DNA of 64,000 nt from Candidatus Saccharimonadota bacterium (GCA_030530605.1 JAUMUO010000004.1:14631-78630), one strand, 5' to 3'; shown: positions 21,399 through 32,419, counted from the first letter of the stretch. The notes: a model not told the origin generated them from the sequence alone. Made by a program: numbers and translations.

Positions 21399-21866
21399 AT
21401 GATTTACATCGCATCGGATCATCGTGGGCTTGAACTCAAGAAAAAAATTCTGAAAAGTCATCCAGATTACCTCGACCTCGGGCCAAGAGAGCTAGACCCA
21501 GAAGACGATTATAATGATTTTGCCGTCAATCTGGCCGTCAATATCCGCGATGCTTCCAATGTGACCGCTACTGCCGACCCAGCGGATTTCGGCATCCTCA
21601 TCTGTGGTTCGGCACTTGGTATGGTTATTCAGGCCAACCGCTTCAAGGGTGTTCGCGCTATTATGGGTTTGAATCCAGAGCTCGCCAAAATTGGCCGCGA
21701 GCATAACAATGCTAACGTCCTCTGTCTTTCGGCTGATTTCACCCCCGAGCAAGACATTGAAAAAATCATTGATGTATTTTTAACCACGAAAACCAAAACC
21801 GACGAAAAATATGCCAGAAGAAATGTAAAGCTTGATAAATACGGAGAAAATTATGGCTCTAATTAA
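21399..21866 (+). CDS. rpiB: Ribose-5-phosphate isomerase B family
   Basis: IASDHRG..LK, GILICGSALG, REHNNANVLCL; start ATG 21399. Confidence 0.9.
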   Translation: MIYIASDHRGLELKKKILKSHPDYLDLGPRELDPEDDYNDFAVNLAVNIRDASNVTATADPADFGILICGSALGMVIQANRFKGVRAIMGLNPELAKIGREHNNANVLCLSADFTPEQDIEKIIDVFLTTKTKTDEKYARRNVKLDKYGENYGSN

Positions 21867-22512
21867 TACTGTGATAGTTCCAACTATCCTTGCTGCTGAC
21901 AAAAACCAATTTGGGGCTTTTGTGGCAGCTTATCAGGGGTTTGCCAAGCGTGTTCAGGTTGATATCGCCGATGGCCAGCTTGCGCCGACGCTTACTCTCC
22001 CCGAAAATGAAGCAGTTTGTCCGGCTGAGTGGCAAGTCGACTACCATATGATGGTCGCTCGCCCATCCGAACATATGCAGAATATTTTAGCTTTAAAGCC
22101 ACACCTCTGTGTTTTCCACGCCGAATGTGGCGAAGATCTTCTGCCATTATTCACGCAGCTAAAGGGTGCTGGCATCAAGGCTGGTGTTGCTCTGATGAAG
22201 CAGACTTTCCCGGCCACTTTCCGCGGCGCCATTGAGGCGGCAGATCACGTTCTGATTTTCGCTGGCGAGCTTGGTCGTCAGGGGAGTGAGGCTGATATGC
22301 TTCAAACTGAGAAAATTGATTTAATTAAGGCCATTAATCCTAACGCAGAAATTGGCTGGGACGGTGGTGCTAATATGAAGAATGTCCGTGCTCTTGCCCA
22401 CGCCGGTATTGACGTCATTAACGTTGGTGCGGCTATCGCTGGCGCACCCAACCCTGCTCAGATGTATCAAGATCTTCAGGCCGATTTAGACAAGAAGGGA
22501 GTGGTGCTCTAA
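21853..22512 (+). CDS. rpe: Ribulose-phosphate 3-epimerase family
   Basis: IVPTIL, QVDIADG, DYHMMV, IGWDGG, GAAI; start ATG 21853. Confidence 0.82.
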   Translation: MALINTVIVPTILAADKNQFGAFVAAYQGFAKRVQVDIADGQLAPTLTLPENEAVCPAEWQVDYHMMVARPSEHMQNILALKPHLCVFHAECGEDLLPLFTQLKGAGIKAGVALMKQTFPATFRGAIEAADHVLIFAGELGRQGSEADMLQTEKIDLIKAINPNAEIGWDGGANMKNVRALAHAGIDVINVGAAIAGAPNPAQMYQDLQADLDKKGVVL

Positions 22513-23489
22513 TGGCAAAAATCGTTAGTCTTGGCTCCGCATTACAAGATATTTATTTGATAGATCACGACGATTTTGTCGGTGGCGTTATCCCTGGCGA
22601 GGCCAAAGAGGAAAAAGAGATTTTCAAAAGCCTAGAAATCGGCACTAAGGCCGATATAGACCGCGTTCTTTTTGAAACTGGCGGTGGTGGCACTAATTCT
22701 GCTGTTACTTTTGCCCGCCACGGCCACGAGGCTACTTTTATTGGCAACATTGGTCGCGACAGTGCCGGTGAGGCGATTTTGGCTTGTTTAGACGAAGAGG
22801 GAATTGACAGTTCCTATGTTTATTTTGCGCCCCACAAAAAAACCGGCTGCTCGGTAATTTTGCTTGACACTAAATCTGGCGAGCGCACTATTCTAACTCA
22901 CCGCGGCGCTTCCGCTAAATTCGACAACCTAGACCCTAAAGACCTAGAGGAAATCAAGCCCGATTTTATGTATATTACTTCTCTCCGTGGCGATATGAAA
23001 ACCTTAGAGAAGTTTTTGAAGAAGGCCAAAGAGCTCGGCACTAAAGTAATGTGGAACCCCGGAAAACTAGAAATCAAAGAGGGTAAAAAATTGCTTTCGC
23101 TCTTGAAATACGTTGAAATTTTAATCGTAAATAAAAAAGAAGCCGGCGAGATTGTCGGTGGCACTAATCTTCAGGAGCTCCTAGAAAAATTGAAGGGCTA
23201 CTGCCCAGTAGTGATTATTACAGACGGCGGTATGGGCGCCATCGCCACCGACGGCAAGGAAGTCATCCGTGCTGGTCTTTATGAGGATTGTGCTGTAAAA
23301 GATACAACGGGCGCCGGTGATTCCTTCGGCTCTGGTTTTCTCGCTGCCTATGCTAGCGGCAAATCTTTTGAAAATTCTCTCATCTTTGCGGCTGCTAACT
23401 CCACCTCGGTAGTTGGCAAGCTCGGCGCCAAGCCTGGCATCCTCACAGGTAAAGAAAAACTCCACCAGATGCCTATACAAAATCTCTAA
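22512..23489 (+). CDS. PfkB-family carbohydrate kinase
   Basis: GGGGTNSA, DTTGAGDSFGSGF. Confidence 0.92.
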   Translation: MAKIVSLGSALQDIYLIDHDDFVGGVIPGEAKEEKEIFKSLEIGTKADIDRVLFETGGGGTNSAVTFARHGHEATFIGNIGRDSAGEAILACLDEEGIDSSYVYFAPHKKTGCSVILLDTKSGERTILTHRGASAKFDNLDPKDLEEIKPDFMYITSLRGDMKTLEKFLKKAKELGTKVMWNPGKLEIKEGKKLLSLLKYVEILIVNKKEAGEIVGGTNLQELLEKLKGYCPVVIITDGGMGAIATDGKEVIRAGLYEDCAVKDTTGAGDSFGSGFLAAYASGKSFENSLIFAAANSTSVVGKLGAKPGILTGKEKLHQMPIQNL

Positions 23490-23510
23490 AACATTATATA
23501 ATATAGGCAT

Positions 23511-25508
23511 ATGCCAAAATTTAAGTTAGTTTCTAAATATCAGCCCACCGGCGACCAGCCTGAGGCCATCAAAAAACTTTGTGATGGTCTGGATCGGAAT
23601 GTCCGCGAGCAGACTTTGCTAGGTGTGACTGGTTCTGGTAAGACTTTTACGATGGCGAATATTATCGCGCATCATCAGAAACCGACTTTGGTTTTAGCGC
23701 ATAACAAAACTCTCGCCGCCCAGCTTTTCTCCGAATTTCGTGAATTTTTCCCTGAAAACGAGGTCCACTATTTTGTCTCTTACTTTGATTATTATCAGCC
23801 AGAGGCTTACATTGCTTCTAGTGATACCTATATTGAAAAAGACTCGGCCATCAACGACGAAATCGATCGCCTTCGCCACGCCGCCACCGTCTCGCTCCTC
23901 ACTCGCCCTGACACCATCATCGTCGCCAGTGTCTCCTGTATCTATGGCATCGGCTCCCCCGATCATTACACCGAAATGTCGCTCGCACTAGAGAAGCAGG
24001 ACCAATGGAAAATTAAGAATCAAAAAATTAATCAATCAGATTTTGTTGTTTATCTAGTGGCGATGCAGTATCACCGCAACGACCTAGTCTTCGAGCGCGG
24101 CAACTTCCGCGTGATGGGCGACACGATTGATTTGTTTCCCGCCTCTGGCGAAATCGCTTATCGCTTTGAATTTGGTTTTGACGGCTTAGAGGATGTCAAA
24201 ATCATTGACCCGCTCACCGCCGAGGTTAAAGAAAAACCCGAAAAAGTTTTCATTTTCCCGAATACCCACTACGCCACTCCAAAAGACGAACTAGAACGCG
24301 CCCTAACCACTATCAAGGCTGAGTTCGACGAGCGTCTCAAGTATTTTGAGAAGAATCACAAATATCTTGAGGCCGAGCGTCTTTCCCAGCGCACCAAATA
24401 TGACCTTGAGATGTTAAAAGAAACTGGCTTCGTGAAGGGTATTGAGAACTACTCTCGCCACCTAGATGGCCGAAAAGCCGGCGAGCCGCCTGCTACGCTC
24501 CTTGATTTCTTCCCGGAAGATTTCTTACTGCTTGTGGACGAGTCTCATATGACCTTGCCCCAGGTCCGCGGGATGTATAATGGCGACCACTCTCGAAAAC
24601 AAACTCTGGTTGATTATGGTTTCAGACTTCCGAGCGCCCTTGATAACCGTCCGCTGACTTTTGATGAATTTAATAGCCATATTAAAAACGCGATTTATGT
24701 CTCTGCTACCCCTGGTGATTATGAGCTAGAGCATTCCCCGGAGCCGGCTCAGCAGGTGATTCGCCCGACCGGTCTTTTGGACCCGGAAATAGAAGTCAAG
24801 GGCTCTACTGGACAAATTGACGATTTGATGGAAGAAATCGACGAGCGAATTGCAAAGGGTCAGCGTGTCCTTGTTACCACTCTAACCAAGCGGATGGCCG
24901 AGGATTTGTCAGACCACTTAAAAGAGCGTGGTGTAAAAACCGCCTATATCCACTCCGATATTGATACTTTGGAACGTGGCGATATTCTTCGTGACCTTCG
25001 AAATGGTGTTTATGATGTCCTTGTTGGTATTAACCTCCTGCGTGAGGGCCTAGACCTGCCGGAAGTTTCTCTGGTGGCAATTCTTGATGCCGATAAAGAG
25101 GGCTTCCTCCGTTCCGAAAGTGCCCTGATTCAAACTATCGGTCGTGCTGCTCGTCACGTTGAAGGTAAGGTGATTATGTATGCCGATAACATCACCGAGA
25201 GCATGGAGAAGGCTATTACTGAAACCAACCGCCGTCGCGAGATTCAGCAGGCCTATAATAAAGAACACAGTATCACTCCGCGCGGAATTCAAAAAGAAAT
25301 CTCTAAAGGACTACGTGCGATTATTCCTGAGAAAGAGCAGAAAAATACTCTGGACCTCCGCAAAGTACCAAAAGAAGAATATCCAAAACTGATCAAGCAG
25401 CTTGAATCCGAAATGAAACTCGCCGCCGCGAATCTCGACTTCGAACGCGCCGCCTCTATCCGCGATCTCATTGAAGATATCAAATCCGGCAAAGCCACCA
25501 AAAAATAA
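23511..25508 (+). CDS. uvrB: Excinuclease ABC subunit B
   Basis: [33 protein letters not shown]-terminal UVR domain. Confidence 0.98.
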   Translation: MPKFKLVSKYQPTGDQPEAIKKLCDGLDRNVREQTLLGVTGSGKTFTMANIIAHHQKPTLVLAHNKTLAAQLFSEFREFFPENEVHYFVSYFDYYQPEAYIASSDTYIEKDSAINDEIDRLRHAATVSLLTRPDTIIVASVSCIYGIGSPDHYTEMSLALEKQDQWKIKNQKINQSDFVVYLVAMQYHRNDLVFERGNFRVMGDTIDLFPASGEIAYRFEFGFDGLEDVKIIDPLTAEVKEKPEKVFIFPNTHYATPKDELERALTTIKAEFDERLKYFEKNHKYLEAERLSQRTKYDLEMLKETGFVKGIENYSRHLDGRKAGEPPATLLDFFPEDFLLLVDESHMTLPQVRGMYNGDHSRKQTLVDYGFRLPSALDNRPLTFDEFNSHIKNAIYVSATPGDYELEHSPEPAQQVIRPTGLLDPEIEVKGSTGQIDDLMEEIDERIAKGQRVLVTTLTKRMAEDLSDHLKERGVKTAYIHSDIDTLERGDILRDLRNGVYDVLVGINLLREGLDLPEVSLVAILDADKEGFLRSESALIQTIGRAARHVEGKVIMYADNITESMEKAITETNRRREIQQAYNKEHSITPRGIQKEISKGLRAIIPEKEQKNTLDLRKVPKEEYPKLIKQLESEMKLAAANLDFERAASIRDLIEDIKSGKATKK

Positions 25509-25534
25509 TACCGCTTGTGGTATAATAAATACAT

Positions 25535-26275
25535 ATGGAAGAAAAATTCAAGAAGTGGGTTGAAGACCAACTAGAAAATGAGCTCCCTGGCGCAGATGTG
25601 GAACGCGCGATGGATTATGCCGACGATCTTCTCCACGGCCTCAAAACTATGCGTACCTACCCCCAGGGTGTAGTGATTTATGGCTCTGCCCGGGTCAAGC
25701 CAAATGAAAAATACGCGCTCGCCGCTAGAGAACTCGGCGGGATGCTAGCCAGAAATGGTCACGCCGTTATCACCGGCGGTGGCCCCGGCATCATGGAAGC
25801 TGCGCACCACGGTGCCTTTGAATATGGCGGTCGCACCATCGGCCTCAATATTGAGCTTCCCCACGAACAACACATTAACCCTTACGTCACCGACCAACTT
25901 GAGTTCAAATACTTTTTCGCTCGCAAAGTGATGCTCGCGATGAGCGGCAAGGTCTATGTCTTTTTCCCAGGTGGTTTTGGCACTTTGGACGAATTGACTG
26001 AAATTCTCGTTTTAATTCAAGAAGGTAAGATGCCAAAGATGCCGGTTTTCCTCTATGGCAAGTCCTACTGGCGCGGCCTTGATAAATTCTTCAGAACCCG
26101 CCTCTACAAGGATAAGATGATTCATTTTAACGACCTTGCTATCTATAAAGTCACTAACGACTTAAAAGAAATCGTCCGGACCGCCAATAAAATCGGTCAC
26201 ACCAAAGTTGGCGAAAATGTCTATGACACTCTCGTGGCACTCTCAAAACAGCCGAATTCACCCTTGAAAAATTAA
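25535..26275 (+). CDS. LOG family nucleotide-binding protein (TIGR00730-like)
   Basis: GSAR, TGGGPGIM, YFFARK, PGGFGTLDE. Confidence 0.9.
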   Translation: MEEKFKKWVEDQLENELPGADVERAMDYADDLLHGLKTMRTYPQGVVIYGSARVKPNEKYALAARELGGMLARNGHAVITGGGPGIMEAAHHGAFEYGGRTIGLNIELPHEQHINPYVTDQLEFKYFFARKVMLAMSGKVYVFFPGGFGTLDELTEILVLIQEGKMPKMPVFLYGKSYWRGLDKFFRTRLYKDKMIHFNDLAIYKVTNDLKEIVRTANKIGHTKVGENVYDTLVALSKQPNSPLKN

Positions 26276-26299
26276 ATTAGATTTCCTATAATTATAGAG

Positions 26300-26605
26300 A
26301 TGGATATTACACGCGAGCAAATTGACCACCTCGCTGAGCTTTCCGATTTCAAATTAGAAGAAGCGGAAAAGGAATCTTTGAGAGGTGATCTTGAAAACAT
26401 TATTAAATATATTTCTGAACTAGACAGCCTGGATACCGAGGGTATTGAGCCGACGTATCAGGTTTTTGAAATGGAAAATGTCTGGCGCGAGGACGAAATT
26501 CTCCCCCAGGATGCCGACCGAGAAAAACTCCTAAAAACCGCCCCCGCCTTCCACGGCAAAGAGGGTGTGGAAGATTATCAAATTAAAGTTCCAAAGGTAT
26601 TATAG
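26300..26605 (+). CDS. gatC: Asp/Glu-tRNA amidotransferase subunit C
   Basis: HLAELS, REDE, VPKVL; precedes gatA. Confidence 0.92.
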   Translation: MDITREQIDHLAELSDFKLEEAEKESLRGDLENIIKYISELDSLDTEGIEPTYQVFEMENVWREDEILPQDADREKLLKTAPAFHGKEGVEDYQIKVPKVL

Positions 26606-26607
26606 TT

Positions 26608-27984
26608 ATGAAGATTGCTGATAAAACTACCTCTGCCGTCCAAATGGTCAAAGAGGCCCTAGAAAAAGCTAAGAAATACTCAGATTATCATATCTTTGTG
26701 AGCCTAAACGAAGAAACTGCCTTAAAAAAGGCTGAGGAGATTGACGAAAAAATCGCTCGTGGCGAAAAAGTTGGCCGTCTCGCCGGTGTGCCGTATGCGT
26801 GTAAAGATAACTTCTTGAGTGAGGAAGGGAACACTACTGCTTCTAGTAAAATTTTAGAGCCGTTCAAGGCCCCGATTACTGCCACCGCCGTTGAAAGGTT
26901 AGAGGACGAGGGTGCAATTATGATTGGCCGCGCTAACTTGGATAGCTTTGCTCACGGTTCTTCCACGGAGAACTCTTACTTCGGTCCAACTAGTAACTCT
27001 AAAGATAAAGAGCGCGTTGCTGGCGGTTCATCCGGCGGTTCGGCTGTGGCTGTCGCACTTGATATTGTAGAGTTTGCAACAGGCACCGACACCGGCGGTT
27101 CCATCCGCCAGCCAGCTTCGTTCAACGGTGTTTATGGCTTCAAACCGACCTATGGCACAATTTCTAGATATGGTGTCGTCGCGATGGCTTCCAGCCTGGA
27201 CTGTGTTGGTTTCTTCGCTAAAGACCCGGAAGATATTGATTTATTGATGGAAGTCTGTGCCGGCCAGGACCCGAAGGATATGACCACTCTCCCTGATTAC
27301 TATAATAAAGAAAATGAAATTTCTGCTAGTAAAATTGGTATCGTTAAGGGCTTCGGCCAAGGCCTTGCGCCCGAAATCAAGACGGCCTACGAATCTGAAA
27401 TCGAAAGCTTAAAGAGTAAGGGCTATGAAGTTATCGAGCTTTATATGCCAACTCTAAAATATGCTCTCCCGGTTTATTATATTCTTTGCCCCGCCGAAGT
27501 TTCCTCCAACCTTTCGCGCCACGACGGCGTTCGCTATGGATTCCGCGCCGAGGGTGTCGAAAGTCTAGAAGATGTCTATGGCAAATCTCGTTCCGAGGGC
27601 TTTATGCCAGAGAACAAGCGCCGTATTATGATTGGTAACTTCGTGCTATCAAGTGGCTTTTATGATGCTTATTATCTCAAGGCCGCCCAAGCTCGCACCC
27701 TGATTATCAAAGAATACGAGGAGTCCTTTAAGAAGTGTGATTTTATCCTTACCCCTGTTTCTCCGAACCCAGCCTTCAAACTTGGCGAAAAAACCGGCGA
27801 CCCACTCGCGATGTATATGGAAGATGTTCTCTCAGTTCCTTTGAACCTCGCCGGCCTTCCGGGCTTGGCTATTCCGGTTGGAAAAACTAAAGACGGCCTC
27901 GACCTCGGTCTTCAAATCGTCGGTCCGAGAAGAAGCGATAAATCTTTATTAGCATTTGCTAGCAAAATTAAGGAGGAAAAATGA
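26608..27984 (+). CDS. gatA: Asp/Glu-tRNA amidotransferase subunit A
   Basis: GGSSGGSA, GTDTGGSIRQPA amidase signature. Confidence 0.97.
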   Translation: MKIADKTTSAVQMVKEALEKAKKYSDYHIFVSLNEETALKKAEEIDEKIARGEKVGRLAGVPYACKDNFLSEEGNTTASSKILEPFKAPITATAVERLEDEGAIMIGRANLDSFAHGSSTENSYFGPTSNSKDKERVAGGSSGGSAVAVALDIVEFATGTDTGGSIRQPASFNGVYGFKPTYGTISRYGVVAMASSLDCVGFFAKDPEDIDLLMEVCAGQDPKDMTTLPDYYNKENEISASKIGIVKGFGQGLAPEIKTAYESEIESLKSKGYEVIELYMPTLKYALPVYYILCPAEVSSNLSRHDGVRYGFRAEGVESLEDVYGKSRSEGFMPENKRRIMIGNFVLSSGFYDAYYLKAAQARTLIIKEYEESFKKCDFILTPVSPNPAFKLGEKTGDPLAMYMEDVLSVPLNLAGLPGLAIPVGKTKDGLDLGLQIVGPRRSDKSLLAFASKIKEEK

Positions 27985-28400
27985 ACGGTACGCTCGTAGC
28001 CCTCTTAATCGCTATCTTAATTGTAGGGATTTTGGCCTTTGTCGCTATCACTCTCACTCAAAATCGCAAGCACGGCTTTAATCGCGAAGATTACCAGGCG
28101 GAGTTTCTCTCTATCCAGACCAGTCTCAAAAAGGAATCTCCTGATTCCGCCAGCATGGTAATCGTTAAGGCGGATAAATTGTTAGACCAGGCTTTAATTG
28201 AAATCGGCCTTTCCGGCAAGACTATGGGCGAGCGTCTAAAGAAACTTCACGGTCGCCTCTCTGATGAGAACGGCGTCTGGGCCGCCCACAAGATGCGCAA
28301 CCGTATCGCCCACGAAACTAATTACGCCGCTTCCTACGAAGATGCCAAATACGCCCTCTCTGCCTATAAAACCGCATTAAAAGATTTAGGAGCCATATGA
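27981..28400 (+). CDS. Membrane-anchored protein with HEPN-like RxxxxH motif
   Basis: N-terminal TM; ADKLLDQAL..G..G.TMGERLK; RNRIAH at 28296-28313; ATGA overlaps with both gatA and gatB. Confidence 0.7.
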   Translation: MNGTLVALLIAILIVGILAFVAITLTQNRKHGFNREDYQAEFLSIQTSLKKESPDSASMVIVKADKLLDQALIEIGLSGKTMGERLKKLHGRLSDENGVWAAHKMRNRIAHETNYAASYEDAKYALSAYKTALKDLGAI

Positions 28401-29884
28401 AATACGAAATTACTATTGGCATTGAATGTCACGTCCAGCTAAAAACTAAAACCAAGCTCTTCTCCGAGGTTGATAATGATGCCCGAGAAAAAGAGCCGAA
28501 CTCCTGCGTCTCCCCGGTTGACTACGCGCTTCCTGGTGTGCTCCCGCGCCTCAATAAAGAGGCGGTTAGTCTCGCCGTCCGCGCCGGCTATGCTCTGAAT
28601 TCCGAAATTAATCTCTATTCCCGCTTCGATCGCAAACACTACTATTATCCAGATTTACCGAAAGGCTACCAGATTTCCCAGTTCTACCACCCGATTATCG
28701 GTGCCGGTTTTATTGAGCTACCAAACGGTACTAAGGTTCGCATTGAGCACGCTCATATGGAAGAAGATGCCGGCAAGCTTACCCACTTTAGCAATTATTC
28801 ACTAGTAGATTTGAACCGTGCTGGCACCCCGTTAATTGAAATTGTTTCTATGCCAGACATCCACTCTGCCACCGACGCCCGCGATTATTGTAAGGAACTC
28901 TGGCGAGCTATGACTTACGCCGGTGTCACCTATGGCGACCTTTATAATGGCAATATGCGTTTTGATGTCAACATCTCGCTCGCGCCAGAGGGAGCCAAGG
29001 AGCTTGGCCGTCGCGCCGAAATCAAGAACTTGAACTCCTTTAGAAGCGTTGAGCGCGCCGTGGAATATGAATATGAGCGCCAAAGTAAGATTTTAGACGC
29101 AGGCGAGCGAGTAAAGCAGGAAACTCGCGGGTGGAACGATGCCACCGGCAAGACCACTTCCCAGCGCTCTAAAGAGGAGGCCCAGGATTATCGCTATATG
29201 CCTGAGCCGGACATCCCACCGATTCGCCTAACCCCTGAATTTGTCAAGGAGGAACAAGCAAAAGTCGGCCTGCTCCCGCGTGATTACCGCAAGATGTTTA
29301 AGGGTATCATCCAAGACGATATTTTAGAAGTGCTATTAGATTATCAACCGCTTATGGACTGTTTATGGCAATGTGCTGGCGGCTCTTTCGAAGGGCCTAA
29401 GACTCGGCCGAGCGGCCCGGAGCGGCCCGAGAAAGAGTTGCCAGACATTGCCAAGAGCCATCTGAAGCGTATTGCTAACTGGTTCTCTAGTGTACTCCTA
29501 GCCGAAGAAAAATCCTACGAGATGCTAAATGATTTGCCGTCGTCAAAACAGTTGGACGATCTTGCCGAGATGACCGAAAAACAGGAGCTATCGAGTACCG
29601 GCGCTAAAGAGGTCTTTACGAAGCTCTTTGATCCCCAGATGAAAAATAAGGGGGCTAAAGATATCGCTAAAGAATTAAATGTTCTCCAGGAAAATGACAC
29701 GGGCGCACTTGAGAAAATCGTGGACGAGGTTTTGAGTGACCCGGCCTGCGCCAAAGCCGTTGCGGATTATAAAGCCGGCCAAGAAAAAGTTCTAGGTTTC
29801 TTAGTTGGTCAAGTGATGAAAGCCTCTAAAGGCAAAGCCAACCCTGGCGCCGCCCAGCAAATTCTGAAAAATAAGTTGAAATAA
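28397..29884 (+). CDS. gatB: Asp/Glu-tRNA amidotransferase subunit B
   Basis: GIECHVQL, RKHYYYPDLPKGYQISQ, HMEEDAGK, YRYMPEPD, GFLVGQVMK. Confidence 0.97.
   Translation: MKYEITIGIECHVQLKTKTKLFSEVDNDAREKEPNSCVSPVDYALPGVLPRLNKEAVSLAVRAGYALNSEINLYSRFDRKHYYYPDLPKGYQISQFYHPIIGAGFIELPNGTKVRIEHAHMEEDAGKLTHFSNYSLVDLNRAGTPLIEIVSMPDIHSATDARDYCKELWRAMTYAGVTYGDLYNGNMRFDVNISLAPEGAKELGRRAEIKNLNSFRSVERAVEYEYERQSKILDAGERVKQETRGWNDATGKTTSQRSKEEAQDYRYMPEPDIPPIRLTPEFVKEEQAKVGLLPRDYRKMFKGIIQDDILEVLLDYQPLMDCLWQCAGGSFEGPKTRPSGPERPEKELPDIAKSHLKRIANWFSSVLLAEEKSYEMLNDLPSSKQLDDLAEMTEKQELSSTGAKEVFTKLFDPQMKNKGAKDIAKELNVLQENDTGALEKIVDEVLSDPACAKAVADYKAGQEKVLGFLVGQVMKASKGKANPGAAQQILKNKLK
29363..29453. repeat. Palindromic segment inside gatB coding sequence
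   Basis: 29366-74/29445-53 (9 bp) plus 29376-89/29431-44 (14 bp, two G-T); inner GGGCC/GGCCC. Confidence 0.75.
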
Positions 29885-29947
29885 TCAAAGTATCTATGAT
29901 ATAATAGAAGAAGTCTAAATATTTTTAATGTAAAAATTGAGGAGCCT

Positions 29948-32044
29948 ATGGCAGAAGTAAAAGATTTATCAAAATTTAGGAATATCGGTATCATCGCACA
30001 CATTGACGCCGGCAAAACTACCACCTCCGAGGCGATTCTTTATCGCACCGGTTTGAAACATAAAATTGACCTCGTGAAAGGCGACACCGGCGGTGCTACC
30101 ACCGACTGGATGGAACAGGAGAAGGAGCGTGGCATCACGATTACTTCTGCTGCTGTTACCGCCTACTGGAAGGGTCATCAAATTAACATCATTGACACCC
30201 CGGGCCACATCGACTTTACCGCCGAGGTAGAGCGCTCTCTCCGTGTTCTCGACGGTGCCGTGGTTGTCTTCGACGGTAAGATGGGTGTTGAGGCCCAGTC
30301 CGAGACCGTATGGCGCCAGGCCACTAAATATGGTGTCCCTCGCATCTGTTTCATCAACAAAATTAACCAGACAGGTGGCGATTTTTACAAATCTCTTGAT
30401 TCTATCCACAAGCGTCTTTCTAAGAACGCCGTGGCGATTCATCTCCCAATCGGCTTTGAGAAGGATATTTGCGGTGTTGTTGACCTCATTGATATGAAGG
30501 CCTACACCTACAAAGATTACGCCGATCACGAGCTCACCGTTGGTGAAATCCCGGCCGATATGGTTGAAAAGGCTAAGAACGCCCGTTCTATGCTCGTTGA
30601 AGAGGCTGTCCAGGCCGACGAAGCCCTTATGGAGAAGTTCTTCTCCGAGGGTGAAGATGCTATCACTGAAGAAGAATTGAAGAAGGCTTTAAGAAAGCGC
30701 GTGCTTGACGGCGACTTCTTCCTTGTCACCGGTGGTGATGGTCGTGGCGTGATTGTTGAGAAAGTTCTCGACCTCTGCGCTGACTATCTCCCGTCTCCGC
30801 TTGATCGTGACCAGGGTCAAATCATTGGCACCGACCCGAAGACCGGCGATGAAATCGTCCGAAAGGCTGCCGACAACGAGCCACTAACTGCTCTCGCCTT
30901 CAAGATTGCTACCGACCCGTTCGTAGGTAAGCTTATCTTTATCCGCGTCTATTCTGGCGTCCTCAAATCTGGCTCTTACATCTTAAACGCTACCACCGGC
31001 AACAAAGAGCGTGTCGGTCGTATCGTCCGTATGTTCGCTGACAAGCGCGAGGAAATCTCCGAGGTTACCGCTGGCGATATCGCCGCTGTGGTTGGTCTTA
31101 AAGATACTACCACCGGTACTACTCTCTGTGACCCAGCTCACCCGATTCACCTAGAATCTATCGAGTTCCCAGAACCGCCAGTATCTATCGCGGTTGAGCC
31201 AAAGACTAAGTCCGACCAGGAAAAAATGGCTCTCGGCCTCTCCAAACTCGCCGAGGAAGACCCAACTTTCCGCGTCCATACCGATGAAGAAACCGGCCAG
31301 ACTATTATCTCTGGTATGGGCGAACTTCACCTTGAAATCATTATTGACCGTCTCAACAAAGAGCACGGTGTTGAAGCTAACACCGGCGCCCCACAGGTTG
31401 CCTATCGTGAAACCATCCGCGGCACTGCCGAGGCTCAGGGTAAGCACATCAAGCAGTCTGGTGGTCGTGGTCAATATGGTGATGTTTGGATTAAGTTTGA
31501 ACCAAACGAACCGGGCAAAGGCTTTGAATTCATCGACCAGATTAAAGGCGGTGTCGTTCCTCAGGAATATAGAAAGCCTGTTCAGCAAGGTGTTGAAGAG
31601 ACCCTTAACGGCGGTGTTATTGCCGGCTACCCAGTTGTAGACGTCAAGGCCACCCTCTATGATGGCTCCTACCACGATGTCGACTCTAGTGAGCTCGCCT
31701 TCAAACTCGCTGGCTCTCTTGCTACCCGCGAAGGTATCGCCAAAGCTTCTCCGGTGCTCCTTGAGCCTGTGATGAAACTTGAGATTACTACCCCTGAAGA
31801 ATTCATGGGCGACGTCATTGGCGACATCAACTCTCGCCGTGGCCGCATTGATGAAATGGAAGACCTCGCCGGCGGTGCTAAGCTAATCAAGGCTTTCTGC
31901 CCGCTTGCTAACCTCTTCGGTTATACTAGCGACCTCCGCTCAATGTCGCAAGGTCGTGCTGCTTCCTCTATGGAGCTCTTCGCTTACGAGGAAGTCCCGC
32001 CTAACGTAGCTCAGGAAATCATCGCAGAGCGCGCTGCTAAATAA
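29948..32044 (+). CDS. fusA: Elongation factor G
   Basis: [37 protein letters not shown]. Confidence 0.98.
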   Translation: MAEVKDLSKFRNIGIIAHIDAGKTTTSEAILYRTGLKHKIDLVKGDTGGATTDWMEQEKERGITITSAAVTAYWKGHQINIIDTPGHIDFTAEVERSLRVLDGAVVVFDGKMGVEAQSETVWRQATKYGVPRICFINKINQTGGDFYKSLDSIHKRLSKNAVAIHLPIGFEKDICGVVDLIDMKAYTYKDYADHELTVGEIPADMVEKAKNARSMLVEEAVQADEALMEKFFSEGEDAITEEELKKALRKRVLDGDFFLVTGGDGRGVIVEKVLDLCADYLPSPLDRDQGQIIGTDPKTGDEIVRKAADNEPLTALAFKIATDPFVGKLIFIRVYSGVLKSGSYILNATTGNKERVGRIVRMFADKREEISEVTAGDIAAVVGLKDTTTGTTLCDPAHPIHLESIEFPEPPVSIAVEPKTKSDQEKMALGLSKLAEEDPTFRVHTDEETGQTIISGMGELHLEIIIDRLNKEHGVEANTGAPQVAYRETIRGTAEAQGKHIKQSGGRGQYGDVWIKFEPNEPGKGFEFIDQIKGGVVPQEYRKPVQQGVEETLNGGVIAGYPVVDVKATLYDGSYHDVDSSELAFKLAGSLATREGIAKASPVLLEPVMKLEITTPEEFMGDVIGDINSRRGRIDEMEDLAGGAKLIKAFCPLANLFGYTSDLRSMSQGRAASSMELFAYEEVPPNVAQEIIAERAAK

Positions 32045-32045
32045 T

Positions 32046-32082
32046 AGAAAAGACCCCGAAGCTTATCGCCTCGGGGCTTTCT
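32046..32082 (+). terminator. Intrinsic terminator after fusA
   Basis: AGAAAAGACCCCGA...TCGGGGCTTTCT. Confidence 0.7.
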
Positions 32083-32355
32083 AAAGAGTTTCTTTCTTTG
32101 GAGATTTTCGGGCTCTCCATACACCCATTTTTAATGTTTTTGGGCAAATGCTATAGGCATCACCTCCCTTTGAATAAATTTTCCCACGTCGTTGCAACAT
32201 GATCTTTCCCACCAATGAGCAACGAATCACGCGGACGTTATCATTGAGGTTAAGCGGCCCTCTGTAGAGATCCGTCAGCTGTTTTGCTTGTTCAATAATA
32301 CTTTATCATACATCATATTTACATCCTCCTTTAAAAGCTGTATGACAACCATTAT

Positions 32356-32384
32356 ATTATATCACAAAACTATTATTTTTTCAA
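32356..32384 (-). promoter_or_regulatory. Minus-strand sigma70-type promoter
   Basis: TTGAAA (32384-79) -17- TATAAT (32361-56) with TGA extension. Confidence 0.6.
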
Positions 32385-32419
32385 GGGGTAATTTGCCAAG
32401 TTGACAGATTTACAACTTA

